From a virus: a stretch of 64,000 nt of DNA. Location of the stretch: positions 36,395-100,394 of the IMG/VR virus record IMGVR_UViG_3300009169_000001; one strand, given 5' to 3'. The notes beneath the pieces are model-generated. The model made no database searches and was not told where the DNA came from. It saw nothing but the letters and a program-made list of their open reading frames with translations. Below are positions 19,672 through 29,248 of this stretch, in pieces. The position numbers and the translations under genes are program-made. The number at the start of each line of letters is the position of its first letter. Position 1 is the first letter of the stretch.

Positions 19672-19983
19672 ATGAGAAAGTTTGACGGTTATAGGGTTGG
19701 AGAGAGAATCAGGGGTTACGACTTCATTTGCGTTTTTGACGTCTACCTCGAAGGGGAAATCGTAGCGGTCCACAGGTGGGGTGAGCCCGGTGTGGATTTC
19801 GACTGCTACGAGGTGAAGGTCGAAAGGCGTGTTGTGAACGGGGAGGACTGCCCGGAATTTTGTGGGGAGCACTTTTACATTCCGATGGAATTGGATATTC
19901 TCGATTTTGATTGGAGGGTGATGCCCGCTGGACACGATAATTTGGCTAGAGAAATTGCAGCGAGAAACAACGCGTGTGGGTGA
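19672..19983 (+). CDS. hypothetical protein
   Basis: AAGGAGG RBS. Confidence 0.55.
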   Translation: MRKFDGYRVGERIRGYDFICVFDVYLEGEIVAVHRWGEPGVDFDCYEVKVERRVVNGEDCPEFCGEHFYIPMELDILDFDWRVMPAGHDNLAREIAARNNACG

Positions 19984-20050
19984 CGGTAGGGTATGCTGCT
20001 CTTAGGTTAGGTGTTGGGAGACTCCGAAACCCTATTGGCAGCATTGCCCG

Positions 20051-20076
20051 CCCTCGGTCTCCGGGGGTTCTTTTTT
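20051..20076 (+). terminator. intrinsic terminator
   Basis: CCCTCGG/CCGGGGG stem plus T tract. Confidence 0.55.
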
Positions 20077-20086
20077 GGAGCAGCCT

Positions 20087-20323
20087 ATGGCTAACGGAAG
20101 GCCCGGACCAGCGAAGATCTCAGGGCGTTTCAAATCCCGCGAAGTGCTGGAGCTGTACGTGATACAGGAGCACGAGGCCGGGGAGTACACCAAGGTTATC
20201 GCCGAAAAGGCCGGGATCTCGATCGGCACGGCCACCAACATCATCAAAGACTTCAAGGCCCGGCAGGCACCCCCGGCGTCCGCCGAGAAGCCGAAGCCAT
20301 GGCTGTCCCGGAAGTGGCTATGA
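20087..20323 (+). CDS. HTH DNA-binding protein
   Basis: TKVIAEKAGISIGTATNII. Confidence 0.6.
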   Translation: MANGRPGPAKISGRFKSREVLELYVIQEHEAGEYTKVIAEKAGISIGTATNIIKDFKARQAPPASAEKPKPWLSRKWL

Positions 20324-20327
20324 GTAT

Positions 20328-20356
20328 TTGACAAAGGGCACCACCCATGTTAAGGT
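20328..20356 (+). promoter_or_regulatory. sigma70-like promoter
   Basis: TTGACA-17-TAAGGT with extended -10 TG. Confidence 0.6.
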
Positions 20357-20386
20357 GGTTCCAGAAGTTACGAAGGAGCGGAGAAA

Positions 20387-22438
20387 ATGTTCAGCTACCA
20401 TACCCTAGAGGACAACATCCCGGTGGATCTGCGGAACGCGGACTATCTCGGGGGCAAAGGCTTCGGCCTGTACAAGATGCGCAACGCCGGGGTGCCGGTC
20501 CCCCCCGCCATCATTATCCCGACTGCAGCCTGCATAGCCTACCGCGACGATCCCAAGGCCGTCATGGAGTGGGTGCTGCTGGACGTGCTGCCCGCGATTG
20601 AAGACTACTTCATGGAGCCGCTGGGCTATCTCCCGCTGCTCTCTGTTCGGTCCGGTGCCAAGTTCTCGATGCCCGGCATGATGGACACGATCCTGAACGT
20701 GGGCCTCAACCCCCTCAACTACCCCCTATGGAAAGCTAGGTTAGGGCTGGAGTGCATGCTCGACTGTCGCAAGCGGTTGATCACCATGTACGCGGACGTG
20801 GTACTGGGTAAGCGTTACGCTGATTACGATCTCGGCGGTGCCCCGGAGCAGGTCTTCTGGACCATGAGCGGGGGCCAAGAGTTCCCCGCCCCGCGACTTC
20901 AGCTGCTGAATTCTATCGAAGCGGTGTTCCGAAGCTGGGACAACGAGCGGGCCGTGATCTACCGCGACCTGAACAAGATTGACCATGACCTCGGGACCGC
21001 TGTGATCATCCAGCAGATGGTGTTCGGTAACCTTAACGAGAACAGCTATACCGGGGTGGTGTTCAGCCGCTGCCCTTCGACTGGCGCTCCGGCTATGACC
21101 GGGGAGTTCTTACAGAACGCGCAAGGTGAGGACGTGGTGGCCGGAGGCCGGACCCCGCTCCCGATCGGCGAGCTGGAGAAATTGGACCCGGACCTCTACG
21201 CAGCGCTGGAGGCGCACGTGGTTGCTCTGGAGGAGACTAACCGAGATATGCAGGACGTTGAGTTCACTGTCGAGGACGGCAAGCTCTGGATCCTGCAGAC
21301 CCGGAACGGCAAGCGCTCTACTCAGGCAGCAGTGGTGATCGCCTGCGGCATGCTCGAAGACGAGCTGATCACCTACACCGAGCTGAAGTCACGAGTGACC
21401 CTGAAGCAGTACTTGGCCCTGAACCAGCCCCGACTGGACCCGGACTTCGACGTGGTACCGAGTGGTATAGGGATCGGGGCCAGCACCGGAGTGGTGGTGG
21501 GCCGGGCGGTGTTCTCCAGCAAAGCGGCGGTAGCCAGCAAGGACCCGTGCATCTTGATCGCGAAGGAGACCACCCCGGATGATATTGCAGGGATCAACGC
21601 AGCGGTGGGGATCCTGACTGCTAAGGGTGGGGCGACCAGTCACGCGGCAGTGGTGGCCAGAGGCATGGGCAAGGTCTGTGTCGTCGGGGCCACTGGGCTA
21701 CTGATCGGACCGACCACCGTCTCATCAGGTGAAGTCCTGATCGGGGAAGGTGACTGGGTGACGATCGATGGGTCCACCGGGCGCTACTGGCTGGGAGTGC
21801 GGGCCGCGTTGGTTGAAGGCTCAGCCAAGATAGCTCGCCGATTCGAAGAGACCATCCTGCGCCAGCTTGAAGTTAAGGATGTGATCATCACCCACCCGGA
21901 CACCCTCAGTGCTGGGGTGGTGCGGGTTCAGCAGTTCATCAAGGATCACGGTGTGGTGGCCATGGAGGCACTGATTGCCAAGATGAGTGGTGGAGTACTG
22001 GATTGCAGACCGATCGACGCCGTGGCGGAGACTGAGGCAACGCAGGGCCTTGCAGTGTACGAGGCCAACGCCTTGATCGGTAGCATGTTTGGCGGCCCTG
22101 ACAAGGGCATACCATGGAAGACGCTCTACAGTATCCTTGACTCGGTGAAGCTGAAGCCGAAGGCTGAGATCACGGTGATGTATACCGAGAACGTCACCGT
22201 GCCACCCCAGTACAGGGGTGTGGCTGTGGTGACCACCCTCTCTGAGTTGATCTATTCGAAGGGCTACATCACCCCGTCGTTCGATCTGGATCAGCAGGCG
22301 CTGGACAAGGGGGCGCTCGATAGGCTCATCGATCTGAAGGCCAATGCGGGTGAGCCAGTGAAATTTATCCTTGGAAAGGGCGCACCGATCCACGGGGCCA
22401 TGACCGCGCTCCAGCATGTACAGGGGGCGTTGGCGTGA
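20387..22438 (+). CDS. PPDK-like phosphotransferase (ATP-grasp + phospho-His domain; non-canonical C-terminus)
   Basis: LGGKG, PLLSVRSGAKFSMPGMMDTILNVG, NAQGEDVVAG, QDVEFT..LQTR, GGATSHAAVVAR. Confidence 0.9.
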   Translation: MFSYHTLEDNIPVDLRNADYLGGKGFGLYKMRNAGVPVPPAIIIPTAACIAYRDDPKAVMEWVLLDVLPAIEDYFMEPLGYLPLLSVRSGAKFSMPGMMDTILNVGLNPLNYPLWKARLGLECMLDCRKRLITMYADVVLGKRYADYDLGGAPEQVFWTMSGGQEFPAPRLQLLNSIEAVFRSWDNERAVIYRDLNKIDHDLGTAVIIQQMVFGNLNENSYTGVVFSRCPSTGAPAMTGEFLQNAQGEDVVAGGRTPLPIGELEKLDPDLYAALEAHVVALEETNRDMQDVEFTVEDGKLWILQTRNGKRSTQAAVVIACGMLEDELITYTELKSRVTLKQYLALNQPRLDPDFDVVPSGIGIGASTGVVVGRAVFSSKAAVASKDPCILIAKETTPDDIAGINAAVGILTAKGGATSHAAVVARGMGKVCVVGATGLLIGPTTVSSGEVLIGEGDWVTIDGSTGRYWLGVRAALVEGSAKIARRFEETILRQLEVKDVIITHPDTLSAGVVRVQQFIKDHGVVAMEALIAKMSGGVLDCRPIDAVAETEATQGLAVYEANALIGSMFGGPDKGIPWKTLYSILDSVKLKPKAEITVMYTENVTVPPQYRGVAVVTTLSELIYSKGYITPSFDLDQQALDKGALDRLIDLKANAGEPVKFILGKGAPIHGAMTALQHVQGALA

Positions 22439-22952
22439 TAATTCTGTCGATTGCACCAATTGCACTGGGCTGGTACGATCACGGGCTAACTCGTTTCAGT
22501 TCGGGATTAGACGGTTGGCCCTTAGATTTGATTGCCCCAAGTGCAACCGTAAGCAGGCATGGTTGGAGGTCACGCATCCAGACGTGGTGCTCCGATGCTT
22601 GTGCGGATTTTGGCGGGTGGTCGAAACCCAACTCGAAACAATTACGATACGGCATGTGGACTCCGGCGCTAATGTTCGCCTACCTAAGCGGGACTCCAAA
22701 CTGTACCGTACCTTGGCCACGCTATATGCGGTCGAACCCGCATCCACAGCGTATGTGACTGAGATGCTAGATCTATCAAGCAAGCACCACGTAGTACCGC
22801 AAGAGTTTACCGTATCTGATGTAGCATCACAGTTGACTGTGCTAAAGTATCGAGGGTTGGTCGAAGTGACTTCGAACAAAAAGGGAGTAGTCGGCGGTTC
22901 TACGTGGCAGATGACCACTGCCGCTAAACAAATGTTTGAGCAAGGGGTATAA
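22416..22952 (+). CDS. Zn-finger plus winged-helix-like protein (start uncertain)
   Basis: CPKC/CLC motifs; SDVASQLTVLKYRGLV. Confidence 0.5.
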   Translation: MYRGRWRDNSVDCTNCTGLVRSRANSFQFGIRRLALRFDCPKCNRKQAWLEVTHPDVVLRCLCGFWRVVETQLETITIRHVDSGANVRLPKRDSKLYRTLATLYAVEPASTAYVTEMLDLSSKHHVVPQEFTVSDVASQLTVLKYRGLVEVTSNKKGVVGGSTWQMTTAAKQMFEQGV

Positions 22953-22954
22953 CC

Positions 22955-23230
22955 GTGGCACTGATCTTGGGCGTAACGACAGGCGGCAAGGTTTACGTGG
23001 GTGATACCCCCGTGGAGATCGTCTATGCAGAAATCGGCAGCGACACCATCGCGGTGAAGGTGCATGGCAAGATGACCATCCTTACCGGAAGAGAATCAAG
23101 TGAGATCCTGCCAGACGTTTTTATGTACGTCGGCAAGGGGAAAGAGTCGAGTGATCCGCGTCTGGCCATTGAGGCCCCACGCGACATCACCATACTCAGG
23201 CCGGAGCTTTATGAAAAGCAAGCGGGATAG
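22955..23230 (+). CDS. CsrA/RsmA-like protein
   Basis: ALIL...G.KVYVGD and RLAIEAPRDITILRPEL match CsrA termini. Confidence 0.65.
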   Translation: MALILGVTTGGKVYVGDTPVEIVYAEIGSDTIAVKVHGKMTILTGRESSEILPDVFMYVGKGKESSDPRLAIEAPRDITILRPELYEKQAG

Positions 23231-23609
23231 AGGCTTCCTCATACCCTTGAGGTTGACCAACTTAGCGATACAATCCGGGGTCAGTGTCGAGAAGCTGCAG
23301 TTCATGTTGCAGCGGTCTGCACGGTGCACGCACCCCGCAGGGAACCGCCGGTACCACGACTACATCTTCAACGTGGAAGGCAATCGGGTGCTGGGCTTCC
23401 TACACGAGCCAGAGATGGCCGAAGACGAAGACACCGACCATCAAGTCTACAAGTGCGACGTGTGCAAGGACACGCGCAAGGTTCAAGTGTTCAATGAGTG
23501 CCCACGGTGCCACGGCGAAGGCTGCCCAAAGTGCGACGAGGGATTGCTTGCAGGGTCGATACCCTGCCCAGAATGTAAGGCGCAGAAAACGTTTAAGCAC
23601 CACCATTAA
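23211..23609 (+). CDS. Cys-rich zinc-finger protein
   Basis: CDVC, CPRCHGEGCPKC, CPEC. Confidence 0.55.
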   Translation: MKSKRDRGFLIPLRLTNLAIQSGVSVEKLQFMLQRSARCTHPAGNRRYHDYIFNVEGNRVLGFLHEPEMAEDEDTDHQVYKCDVCKDTRKVQVFNECPRCHGEGCPKCDEGLLAGSIPCPECKAQKTFKHHH

Positions 23610-23626
23610 CCCAAAGGAGTGACACC

Positions 23627-24079
23627 ATGATCAGGAACATCCCCTTCAAATTCGGCTTTGGTAACACCGTGTACATTTACGGAGGCCCCTACCGCGCCCG
23701 CCCCACTAACACCTACAACATTTGCATGGCGGCGGAGATCGATGAGCCCGCCGACATCCGGGTTGAGACCCGTGACTTTTCCGTCCCTGACACCGAGGAG
23801 CTGCTGGCGGCTCTGAAGGGGGGCCTGCTGGCACTGGGTGCCCGGAGGCAGGTGTTTGTCGGGTGCATGGGCGGCATAGGCCGGACCGGGCTGTACCTTG
23901 CCGCCATGGCCAAGGTGCTGGGAGAGAAGTACCCGGTGATCTACGTCCGGGAGAACTACCTGTCCCATGCGGTGGAGACTAAGGAGCAGATGCGGTTTAT
24001 CAACGAGCTGGATGTCAGTTCATTGAAATTAACTGCACTGGCAGCCAAGGTCGGACACGCACTTTTATTCTGGAAGTGA
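23627..24079 (+). CDS. Cys-based (CX5R) phosphatase, dual-specificity/PTP-like
   Basis: DFSVP, VGCMGGIGRTG, AVETKEQ. Confidence 0.85.
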   Translation: MIRNIPFKFGFGNTVYIYGGPYRARPTNTYNICMAAEIDEPADIRVETRDFSVPDTEELLAALKGGLLALGARRQVFVGCMGGIGRTGLYLAAMAKVLGEKYPVIYVRENYLSHAVETKEQMRFINELDVSSLKLTALAAKVGHALLFWK

Positions 24080-24143
24080 TTTGACGATTGGGGGGGTGGG
24101 GTGGTATACTACCCCCAGAAGGCAAGTTTCGAAGGAGCGAAAA

Positions 24144-25214
24144 ATGTACCACCTGAATCCGACCACGTTGTCCTACTACAAACAGTTCATTGGACTGCAG
24201 CGGGCGAACAACAGCATGGTTGCGCTAACCGATGTGATCAAGGGGGTGAAGGCCTACATGCCCGCGTCCCCGGAACAGGCGTCCCCGGAATCCGAGGCCC
24301 TTCGGTTTTATCTGCTCAACCATGGGTTCGCCACCTTGTGCGCCACCTACCATGATGATGAGCCCATGCCCGAGAGGGCGGTGGAGCTGGCCGCCGAATA
24401 CGTCAAGCAGCTGGCGATCATTGGCCGCCGGGCGGTAACCTACACTTTGCTGATCATCACCCGTGAGGCTCGCCACCTGCATAAGAGCGCGACCTTTTCG
24501 GCACAGCTGAAGAGCTTGTTCGGGCCGGAGTTCCATAAGTTTCGAACGGGCCTGCCCCACTCGTCTGACGGGTGCGTGACCTACCTGCTGGAAAAGGCCC
24601 CGGACGTTCCGCTGGGCCTGTACGTTGCCGCCATCACCCACCTGTTCGACCATGGTAACTTCTCCAGTGGCTACGGTGGGAAGGCGTGGGGTGTGGTCGC
24701 CGAGGCCCTCCGCCGGTACGTGACCGGGGAGACCAGTTTGGAGATGTTCGTGGATACCGTGTGGACCCTTGCCCACAACAACGGGCCGATCTTCAACAAG
24801 GGCATGCTCTACACCGGGTACAGCGGGCACCTCTACACCATTCTCGACGTCCAAGCCGCAGGGCAGATACCGCAGCTGGTCAGTGACTGTATCAAGAGCG
24901 TCTACACCATCGATGGCGTAACCCTCAACATCCGGGATTACTTGCTGCACTATGGCGAGATCTTTGGGATCGCGAGGCCTGACTTCTACACCGATTGGCA
25001 CACGGTGGAAGCGCTGGGGTCGAAGAAGAAATACTCCAGCTACAAGCCGATCCAGCACAAGAAATACGGGGTGCCGCCGCACATGGCCGAAGCCGAAGCT
25101 GCTAAGCTCAAGGCTGAAGCAGAGCAGCACGCTCTCGAACAGGCAGCAGAGGCCTCGAAGTTTTACGTCAGCCCCGGTCAATTCGCCCTTATCGTCAAGA
25201 GGAACGCAGCATGA
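24144..25214 (+). CDS. hypothetical phage protein
   Basis: GYGGKAW and HNNGPIFNKG motifs; own promoter TTGACG-18-TATACT at 24081. Confidence 0.65.
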   Translation: MYHLNPTTLSYYKQFIGLQRANNSMVALTDVIKGVKAYMPASPEQASPESEALRFYLLNHGFATLCATYHDDEPMPERAVELAAEYVKQLAIIGRRAVTYTLLIITREARHLHKSATFSAQLKSLFGPEFHKFRTGLPHSSDGCVTYLLEKAPDVPLGLYVAAITHLFDHGNFSSGYGGKAWGVVAEALRRYVTGETSLEMFVDTVWTLAHNNGPIFNKGMLYTGYSGHLYTILDVQAAGQIPQLVSDCIKSVYTIDGVTLNIRDYLLHYGEIFGIARPDFYTDWHTVEALGSKKKYSSYKPIQHKKYGVPPHMAEAEAAKLKAEAEQHALEQAAEASKFYVSPGQFALIVKRNAA

Positions 25215-25876
25215 GCCATTACAAGAAAACCCTACCCCGGTGCTACGAAACCCACAAAGCACTGCAGATAGGGGACTACCAAGTCTATGGTGGGAACTGT
25301 GCGTTCCCCATGGTGACGGACGCCGACGTCTATGTCGGGCTGGACCACTCCATGAGGCACCAGCACAGGGTCTACCCATGGCAGCCGAAGCCCGAGAAAG
25401 AAGTGATCGAGGTCCACTTCCTGATCACGGACATGTCTGCGCCCAGCGATCCAAAGTTGTTCAAGGAGATGATCACGTGGCTGGCGATACAGGTTCAGCT
25501 CGGTAAGAAGGTTCACGTCGGATGTATCGGAGGCCATGGCCGGACCGGCACCGTCCTGTCGGCGCTGTACAATGAACTGACTGGGGACACTGACTCAACC
25601 AACCGGGTCCGGGATGGGTACTGCCAAAAGGCGGTGGAGTCCAAGTCGCAGATCCACTTTTTGCACAAGCACTTCGGCATCGAGCCGGTGAAGCCGACCA
25701 AGGACTACAGCGTGGGCTCGCAGTTCCCCTCGGTTACGCGTGGGGGCAGCTATTTCGGCGACACCGTGAACTTCCCCAGCAGCAGTGAGCGCACCGCCAA
25801 CCGGATGAAGAACTACTCGCTGAACACGCACCTGACTCCGTACGTACCCCCGGCGGCGGAGAAGAAAAAGAAGTGA
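25211..25876 (+). CDS. Cys-based (CX5R) phosphatase, dual-specificity/PTP-like
   Basis: ITDMSAP, HVGCIGGHGRTG, AVESKSQ. Confidence 0.85.
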   Translation: MSHYKKTLPRCYETHKALQIGDYQVYGGNCAFPMVTDADVYVGLDHSMRHQHRVYPWQPKPEKEVIEVHFLITDMSAPSDPKLFKEMITWLAIQVQLGKKVHVGCIGGHGRTGTVLSALYNELTGDTDSTNRVRDGYCQKAVESKSQIHFLHKHFGIEPVKPTKDYSVGSQFPSVTRGGSYFGDTVNFPSSSERTANRMKNYSLNTHLTPYVPPAAEKKKK

Positions 25877-25946
25877 TCCATTTGACAAAACAGGGGATAC
25901 AGGGTAGAGTAGTTCTAGTGATTGTTACGCCATTGAAGGAGCGGAT

Positions 25947-26660
25947 ATGGCCATTACAGTAAAGGCGAAAGGAGCGGATACGGTGCACTTACTCCAGATT
26001 GTGGGGCTGGACCCCAAAGCGAACTTGGAGCTATCCAAGCGTGGCATCGTGGTAAACACATCCTTGAAGGATGTGATCTTCTCGCGCAACGGGGTGGAGC
26101 TGACAAGGGCCAAGATGTCGGTACCAATAGCCACGCTGCTGAAGCCCGACAGTTTATCTGCGACGGTGCTTTCGGCCTGCCGGGGCTCGATTGTCAACGC
26201 CATGCTCAAGGCCATGGACATGGCGGAGAAGATCGAGTCCTCAGTCCCCCTGAAGGGGTCATTCGAGGACACCGTGATAAAGGTCAAGAAGCCACCTCAG
26301 TACCCCCCCAAGCTGGAGGCGTGCCCACTGAAGGACGCCACCCAGATGTACCAGCCGGTACGTGGCACCAGCGGTGGATCCAAGTACTTCGTGGTTGCCC
26401 TGAGCGATGACGTCAAGGTGGCGGCCCGAGTGCAAGGTAATGCGGTGTCGGTCCGGGCGGAAGGTAACCTGACCCCGAAGATCAAGGCGGCACTTGGTAG
26501 TGTCGGGATGGATGACAAGGTGGACTACATGAGCGCACACTTCACGGCCACGCCCAACGCCTCGGCGAAGAAAGTGGTAGGTGCGGTGCTGATCGGTTGC
26601 GGGTTGGACTTCGATACCCCGGTGCCCAGTGTTGATAAAATCCAAGACAAGGGCCAATGA
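25947..26660 (+). CDS. hypothetical protein
   Basis: Own promoter TTGACA(25882)-17-TAGAGT; YQPVRGTS..SKY motif. Confidence 0.6.
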   Translation: MAITVKAKGADTVHLLQIVGLDPKANLELSKRGIVVNTSLKDVIFSRNGVELTRAKMSVPIATLLKPDSLSATVLSACRGSIVNAMLKAMDMAEKIESSVPLKGSFEDTVIKVKKPPQYPPKLEACPLKDATQMYQPVRGTSGGSKYFVVALSDDVKVAARVQGNAVSVRAEGNLTPKIKAALGSVGMDDKVDYMSAHFTATPNASAKKVVGAVLIGCGLDFDTPVPSVDKIQDKGQ

Positions 26661-26663
26661 TTC

Positions 26664-29036
26664 ATGCTGGTATTCTGGGGCACCGATGATCCCAAGATCA
26701 TCCATAAAGAAATACCCGCCCTCGTAAAGTACGACGGACCCAAATCTCTTTCCACCTCCTACAACAGGCCCTCGGTTGAACCGGGCAGCCTGTTGGTTGC
26801 CATGGGGTCAAAGCGTCTGGCGCAGCTGGGTGAGGAGGCGCTCATACCCAAGAACCGGACCGTAGCGTGGTGCCGGTACCCGCGCTTGTTCACGGCACCC
26901 GAGGGTGGTCGCATCATGGTGACCTATGGCCCCTCGGCTAAGGAGTACTCCTACTCCAGCTACGTGCACTTCCGAGCTGACGTGCACCTTGCTGATCGGT
27001 TCATGCGGACCGGCACCTTCTCCCCGGTCCCCGGTAAGTACGAGTATGTCTCCAGCTTCGCTAGTGCAATTAAGTGCATTAGTGATGAGTACCAGAAGAC
27101 CGGCAAGCCTGTGGAGGTGGCGCTGGATCTGGAGACGCTAGGCCTCAATCCTTATGACCCCGACGCGTACATCATCACGATCCAGCTGAGCTACGAGGTG
27201 GGTCACTCCATGGTGATTGCGTTCCACAGCAAGGCGGAGGCCGACCAAGCTCTGAGCGAGTTCAATCCTTTATGGCTGGAGCTGTCATGGCTGCTGGACA
27301 CCCCCATGGTGTCGCTGCGCGGGGCCAACTTCAAGTACGACCTGATCTGGCTGGCCGTCAAGGCCCAGCTGGAGTGCACCAACTTCAAGTTCGATACTAT
27401 GCTCGTGGGCAGCTTGCTCGATGAGAACCGGCACAACTCCCTGAACACGCACGCCAAGTGGTACCTCCCTGATCTGGGTGGGTACGACGACAAGTTCGAT
27501 CTGGAACACGACAAGAGCCGGATGGATCTGGCGCTGGAGCAGGACCCTGCCGGGTTCCTGACCTATGCCGGGGGAGACACCGACGCCTGCCTGCAGGTAA
27601 GCAAGCTGATGAAGGCCGAGCTGATACAGAAGCCGGGGCTGGCCAACTTCTACATCAACGTCCTGCACCCGGCAGCACGGGCCTATGAGTTGGTGGAACG
27701 CACCGGCCTGCTGGTAGACGTGGACTACTACATGGAGCTGGAGTACGAGATTCTGGAGGAGATGGAGATGCTCTCCCGCCGGGGCTTGGCGCTGCTTCCG
27801 CATTCGCTGTTGTACAAGCACCGCAAGAATCTATCCCTGAGCAAGCCGAGCCTGATCATCGACTTCCTGTTCACACCGGCTGGGCTCAACCTGAAGCCGA
27901 AGAAATTCACCGAGACCACTGAGGCACCGGCGACCTCCGCTGACCACATGGCCATGTTCATCAACCATCCGAAGGCCGGGCCTTTCGTCAAGATATTGGA
28001 CGCGTACGCTGACTGCTCCAAGACCCTGAGCACGTATGTGCTGAAGCGGGACAAGCACGGTAACCCCACGTCCGGGTTTTTGCAGCACCTGCGCATCGAT
28101 CGCCGCTACCACCCGACGCACTTCCTGCACAACAGCGGGGATGGTAGCGGGGGCACCAACACCGGGCGGATCTCGGTGCGCGACCCCGCCATGCAGACCG
28201 TGCCCAAGCACACCAAGTGGGCCAAGCGCTTGCGCCGGGCGTTCATCGCACCGCCGGGCATGCTTGTCATGGGCAACGACTACTCACAGGGCGAGCTGAA
28301 GATCGCGGCGTGTCTGGCCAATGAGACCACCATGATCAACGCCTACCGGCAGGGGCTGGACTTGCACGCGGTGACCGGGGCCCGGATGGCCAACCTCAAC
28401 TTCAACGACTTCCTGAAGCTGAATGACACCAAGCCCGACCTCTTTGCCATGATCCGGCAGCGGGCCAAGGCGGGGAACTTCGGGTTTCTGTACGGCATGG
28501 GTGCGGCGGGATTCGTGGAGTACGCCCTCAACTCATACGGTGTGAAGGTTACCGAAGCAGAGGCCGAGGAGGCCCGGCAGGCGTTTTTCTCCGCCTATCC
28601 AATGCTTGACCCATGGCACAAGGAGTACAAGGCCTACGCGTTCCAGCACCGCATAATCCACTCACCCTTGGGCCGTATCCGCCACCTGCCGATGATCCGA
28701 TCCACGTTCTCAGAAGTGTCTTCAAAGGAGGAGCGCCGGGCGGTCAACGCCCCGGTCCAGTCAACGCTGTCGGATATGTCCCTGTGGGCCACTTCGATCC
28801 TGCACCAGCAGGGGCTGATGAAGACCCAGCCGGTGGTCGCCATGATCCACGATCAGCTGGTGAGCTATGTCCCTGAAGACGACTGGGAGGCCTCAGCCGT
28901 GCGGATGATGGGCATCATGGAGAACCTGCCCTTCGAGAAGGTGGGCTGGAAGCCTCAACTGCAGTTTACCGTGGACTGTGAAGTCGGCCCCAACCTCGGG
29001 GACCTGAAGAAGCAGTCTTTTAAGAAGGCCGCTTAG
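26664..29036 (+). CDS. family A DNA polymerase with 3'-5' exonuclease
   Basis: Exo motifs DLET, ANFKYD, YAGGD; TGRIS, DYSQGELK, RQRAKAGNFGFLYG, NAPVQS, IHDQ. Confidence 0.95.
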   Translation: MLVFWGTDDPKIIHKEIPALVKYDGPKSLSTSYNRPSVEPGSLLVAMGSKRLAQLGEEALIPKNRTVAWCRYPRLFTAPEGGRIMVTYGPSAKEYSYSSYVHFRADVHLADRFMRTGTFSPVPGKYEYVSSFASAIKCISDEYQKTGKPVEVALDLETLGLNPYDPDAYIITIQLSYEVGHSMVIAFHSKAEADQALSEFNPLWLELSWLLDTPMVSLRGANFKYDLIWLAVKAQLECTNFKFDTMLVGSLLDENRHNSLNTHAKWYLPDLGGYDDKFDLEHDKSRMDLALEQDPAGFLTYAGGDTDACLQVSKLMKAELIQKPGLANFYINVLHPAARAYELVERTGLLVDVDYYMELEYEILEEMEMLSRRGLALLPHSLLYKHRKNLSLSKPSLIIDFLFTPAGLNLKPKKFTETTEAPATSADHMAMFINHPKAGPFVKILDAYADCSKTLSTYVLKRDKHGNPTSGFLQHLRIDRRYHPTHFLHNSGDGSGGTNTGRISVRDPAMQTVPKHTKWAKRLRRAFIAPPGMLVMGNDYSQGELKIAACLANETTMINAYRQGLDLHAVTGARMANLNFNDFLKLNDTKPDLFAMIRQRAKAGNFGFLYGMGAAGFVEYALNSYGVKVTEAEAEEARQAFFSAYPMLDPWHKEYKAYAFQHRIIHSPLGRIRHLPMIRSTFSEVSSKEERRAVNAPVQSTLSDMSLWATSILHQQGLMKTQPVVAMIHDQLVSYVPEDDWEASAVRMMGIMENLPFEKVGWKPQLQFTVDCEVGPNLGDLKKQSFKKAA

Positions 29037-29248
29037 ATGGACCAGAGGGCGAAATACAGAACCCACATGGCTATGGGGAGTATCAATACCAGTACTACTG
29101 TGTCGTCGATTTTCATGAGGGCCATGGTACCGGGAATAATTAGAACTGAGATTCTAATATCGGGGTCATTATTACTGTTCTTAGGTGCGACATTGATCGG
29201 TAGCAGGGGCTGGTGTACTCTGCTGGAGAAACTATCAGGGCATAACCC

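Noticed and set aside
20387-22438. Calling this gene ppdK as an auxiliary metabolic gene
   Set aside because: The C-terminal PEP/pyruvate-binding domain is not recognisable, so canonical activity is unsupported.
24225-25379. Long minus-strand ORFs (this 384 aa one, 6182-6982, 36852-37634, 44272-45018 and others)
   Set aside because: Antisense shadows of well-supported plus-strand genes in a GC-rich genome; no motifs or RBS.
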